Positions 62,089 to 64,000 of a stretch of 64,000 bases of DNA are shown here, one piece after another (within the stretch, counting starts at the first letter, position 1; each line of letters starts with the position of its first letter). This stretch comes from Pseudomonadota bacterium (GTDB lineage Bacteria > Pseudomonadota > Gammaproteobacteria > JAKAQQ01), in NCBI GenBank assembly GCA_027320085.1, contig DAHVLZ010000019.1:97172-161171 (forward strand), given 5' to 3'. A program made the position numbers and the translations under genes. The notes under the pieces are model-generated. The model worked only from the letters and a program-made list of their open reading frames with translations. It searched no databases and was not told the origin of the DNA.

Positions 62089-63713
62089 ATGAGTAATAGC
62101 CATTCTCAGGTGTTGAAATTCGTTCGTGCGAATGATCTACCGCACCTGCGAGAAGCGCTTCGTGACAAGAACGGCATGGCCGTGACACTGGAATGGAATA
62201 TGTGGAGGTTGAATTTCGGGCGGATCAAGCCACTCGACTGGTCAGAATTGCAGACCACGGTAGTAATGGAATATGCGGTCCGTGCGTGGCTTGAAGTTAG
62301 GGTCTCAAACTTGGCCTCTGTCACAGCGGAAAGGGACTTCGTCATTCTCCGTGACTTGTTGAACTCGACGAATTGGCCTGACTATCAAGACGGCGCACGG
62401 CATATCACCCAAGTCCGAGAGAAATTCACATCCACAATTCGAATCTTTCTCGAACAGCGGAGTCTCAAAGACAAATGCGAGGGCGAAAAGAGGCTTGAGT
62501 CTCATTTGGACACCGTGCGCGGGTGGTATCGCTGGAGCCTGGAACACGAGTTACCGGGATTTGACTCGGAATTTGTGTCTGAGCTTGCCGAAATAAAGGC
62601 ACCCCAGCGTCGTAACGGGCAAGCAGTAATGAGTTGGGATCCCGGTAGCGGTCCTCTGACTCGCTTAGAAGAGCTGCAATTCAGGGCATCGCTTTTACGA
62701 GATTCCGGGCCGCTTTCTGAACAAGCGGGGATGTGGGTCACTTACGGTATGGGTCTACGGCCTCAACAGACGGTGCTGCTTTTGGAAAAGGACCTGAAGA
62801 TATTCGTCGCAAGTAACGGTGAGAAGTTCTATCAGCTGGATGTGCCGCGGGTGAAACGTAAAGGCGAGCCAATAAGGAGTGAATTACGGCGACGCAAAAT
62901 TGGCGCTCAGCTTGGCGCGCTTTTGGAAAAGTTAATAGATGAAAATCAGGCGATTACTACGGAGCCGGACTTTGAGCGTCCGCTTCTGATACGAACTAAG
63001 CCTCTTAAGGGAATGCTGGACGGGGAAATGCGACCGTGGGCTTATATGCGAAATGCAAACTATATTGCCGACTCTCTCCGGCGATTTGTAACTCGGAATA
63101 ATATCGTATCGGTACGAACTAAAAAGCCATTGAATGCATCACCGCGCCGTCTGCGCTACACGTTCGCGACGAACAAGGCGGAATCGTTGGAGCCGGCGGT
63201 CCTGGCTGAATTATTGGACCACAGCGACATTCGATCTGTGCTGGTCTATTATAACGCGCGCGAGGCGATTGCCGAGGAGCTCGGTCAGAAGTTGGGGAAA
63301 ATGGATGGCCAGGACGGTTATCAGACGATCATCAACTCCTTCGCCGGCATTCCGATCAAAGTCGTGCCACGGGAAACTGAAAAACAACTTGGAGGGCCCG
63401 AACTCGTCGTTTCATGCCTCCGGAGACTGTCACAGAAAACATGCGGGAGCTGCTGAGTCTCGGTGGATGCGGTGGCAATTACAAGTGCGGAATGGCACCC
63501 ATAGTGTCGTGTTACGGATGCGAGGACTTCCATGCATGGGAGGATGCAGATCACCACGCAATCGTAGATTGGCTAGCGCCCGAAATCGAACGCCTGAGGG
63601 CGATGCCGGAGATCTCCGAATCTACGTTAAACGACTTTGAATTAGCGCTGATAAATGCTCAGAAGATTTGCATTGAACAGGAAAAGCTGCGCGCAAGTGC
63701 GGGTGTGCGATAG
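62089..63713 (+). pseudogene. Tyrosine recombinase-like gene 2, frameshifted near 63410
   Basis: MGLRPQQ, VPRVK, PRRLRYTFAT, LAELLDHSD..VLVYY; Cys-rich tail (GGC..C..AP..CYGC..F..W....H) in another frame. Confidence 0.75.
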
Positions 63714-63727
63714 TGCGGCGGAAATCT

Positions 63728-64000
63728 GTGCAAAAGATGTTGCGAGCGTACGTGCGCAATGCCAAGCGCCACTTAGGAGTGTTAGGCGCTGATGCAAATG
63801 GAACGCCTACGATCAATTAGAGGAAAAAATACTGGGATATTATTGACGGGCTAAAAAATAAAATCGGCACCACGTCACGGAGGAGTTACCTGCTTTGGTT
63901 TACCACTGCAACCGTGCACTCACGAGGCGAGCTAGAGGGGCGTGCAGAGAAGGTGGACTCATTCAAACCGCCGTATGATGAATTTGCCAAGGCATATATC
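63728..64000 (+). pseudogene. Start of probable third recombinase gene with in-frame TAG at 63818
   Basis: ..PTIN*RKKYWD....FKPPYDEFAKAYI; frame open to the window end after the stop. Confidence 0.5.

Larger units (their letters stand above)
60850..64000 (+). mobile_element. Multi-tyrosine-recombinase element (GInt/Tn554-like) inserted in recJ; continues beyond the window
   Basis: Abrupt GC drop at the recJ break; tandem co-oriented recombinase-like genes. Confidence 0.8.

Overview
GC-rich proteobacterial chromosome segment, most likely Gammaproteobacteria. Exported proteins are strongly Arg/His-rich, which hints at an acidophile. The core backbone is murB, tRNA-Val, a persulfide dioxygenase, gltX-tRNA-Ala-tRNA-Glu, an MTA/MTI phosphorylase, csiV-like/mfd, tricorn protease, pal, pdxH, an old yellow enzyme, and pyrG-kdsA-ftsB...surE-pcm-nlpD-rpoS. 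The latter block lacks eno/ispD/ispF/truD. Accessory blocks: (1) a RelE/HigA-like TA pair between murB and a decayed, internally deleted copy of murB plus the tRNA-Val 3' end; (2) a ~10.2 kb tyrosine-integrase island at tRNA-Val(CAC) with defence-type cargo (IS256-broken STAND-ATPase/REase gene, PLD nuclease, frameshifted hsdM, HEPN-like gene, half hsdS, DUF4145-like gene, no hsdR); (3) an island remnant at tRNA-Glu with AbiEii/AbiEi and a divergent 1360-aa XRE-HTH/nuclease-like protein; (4) a reduced aryl-polyene/xanthomonadin-like cluster ending in a GT2-DUF3311 fusion; (5) a TnpB relic; (6) a decayed multi-tyrosine-recombinase element inserted in the DHH codons of recJ, running off the window end. 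No CRISPR array or rRNA was seen. All family calls come from motif recognition by eye, not database searches.
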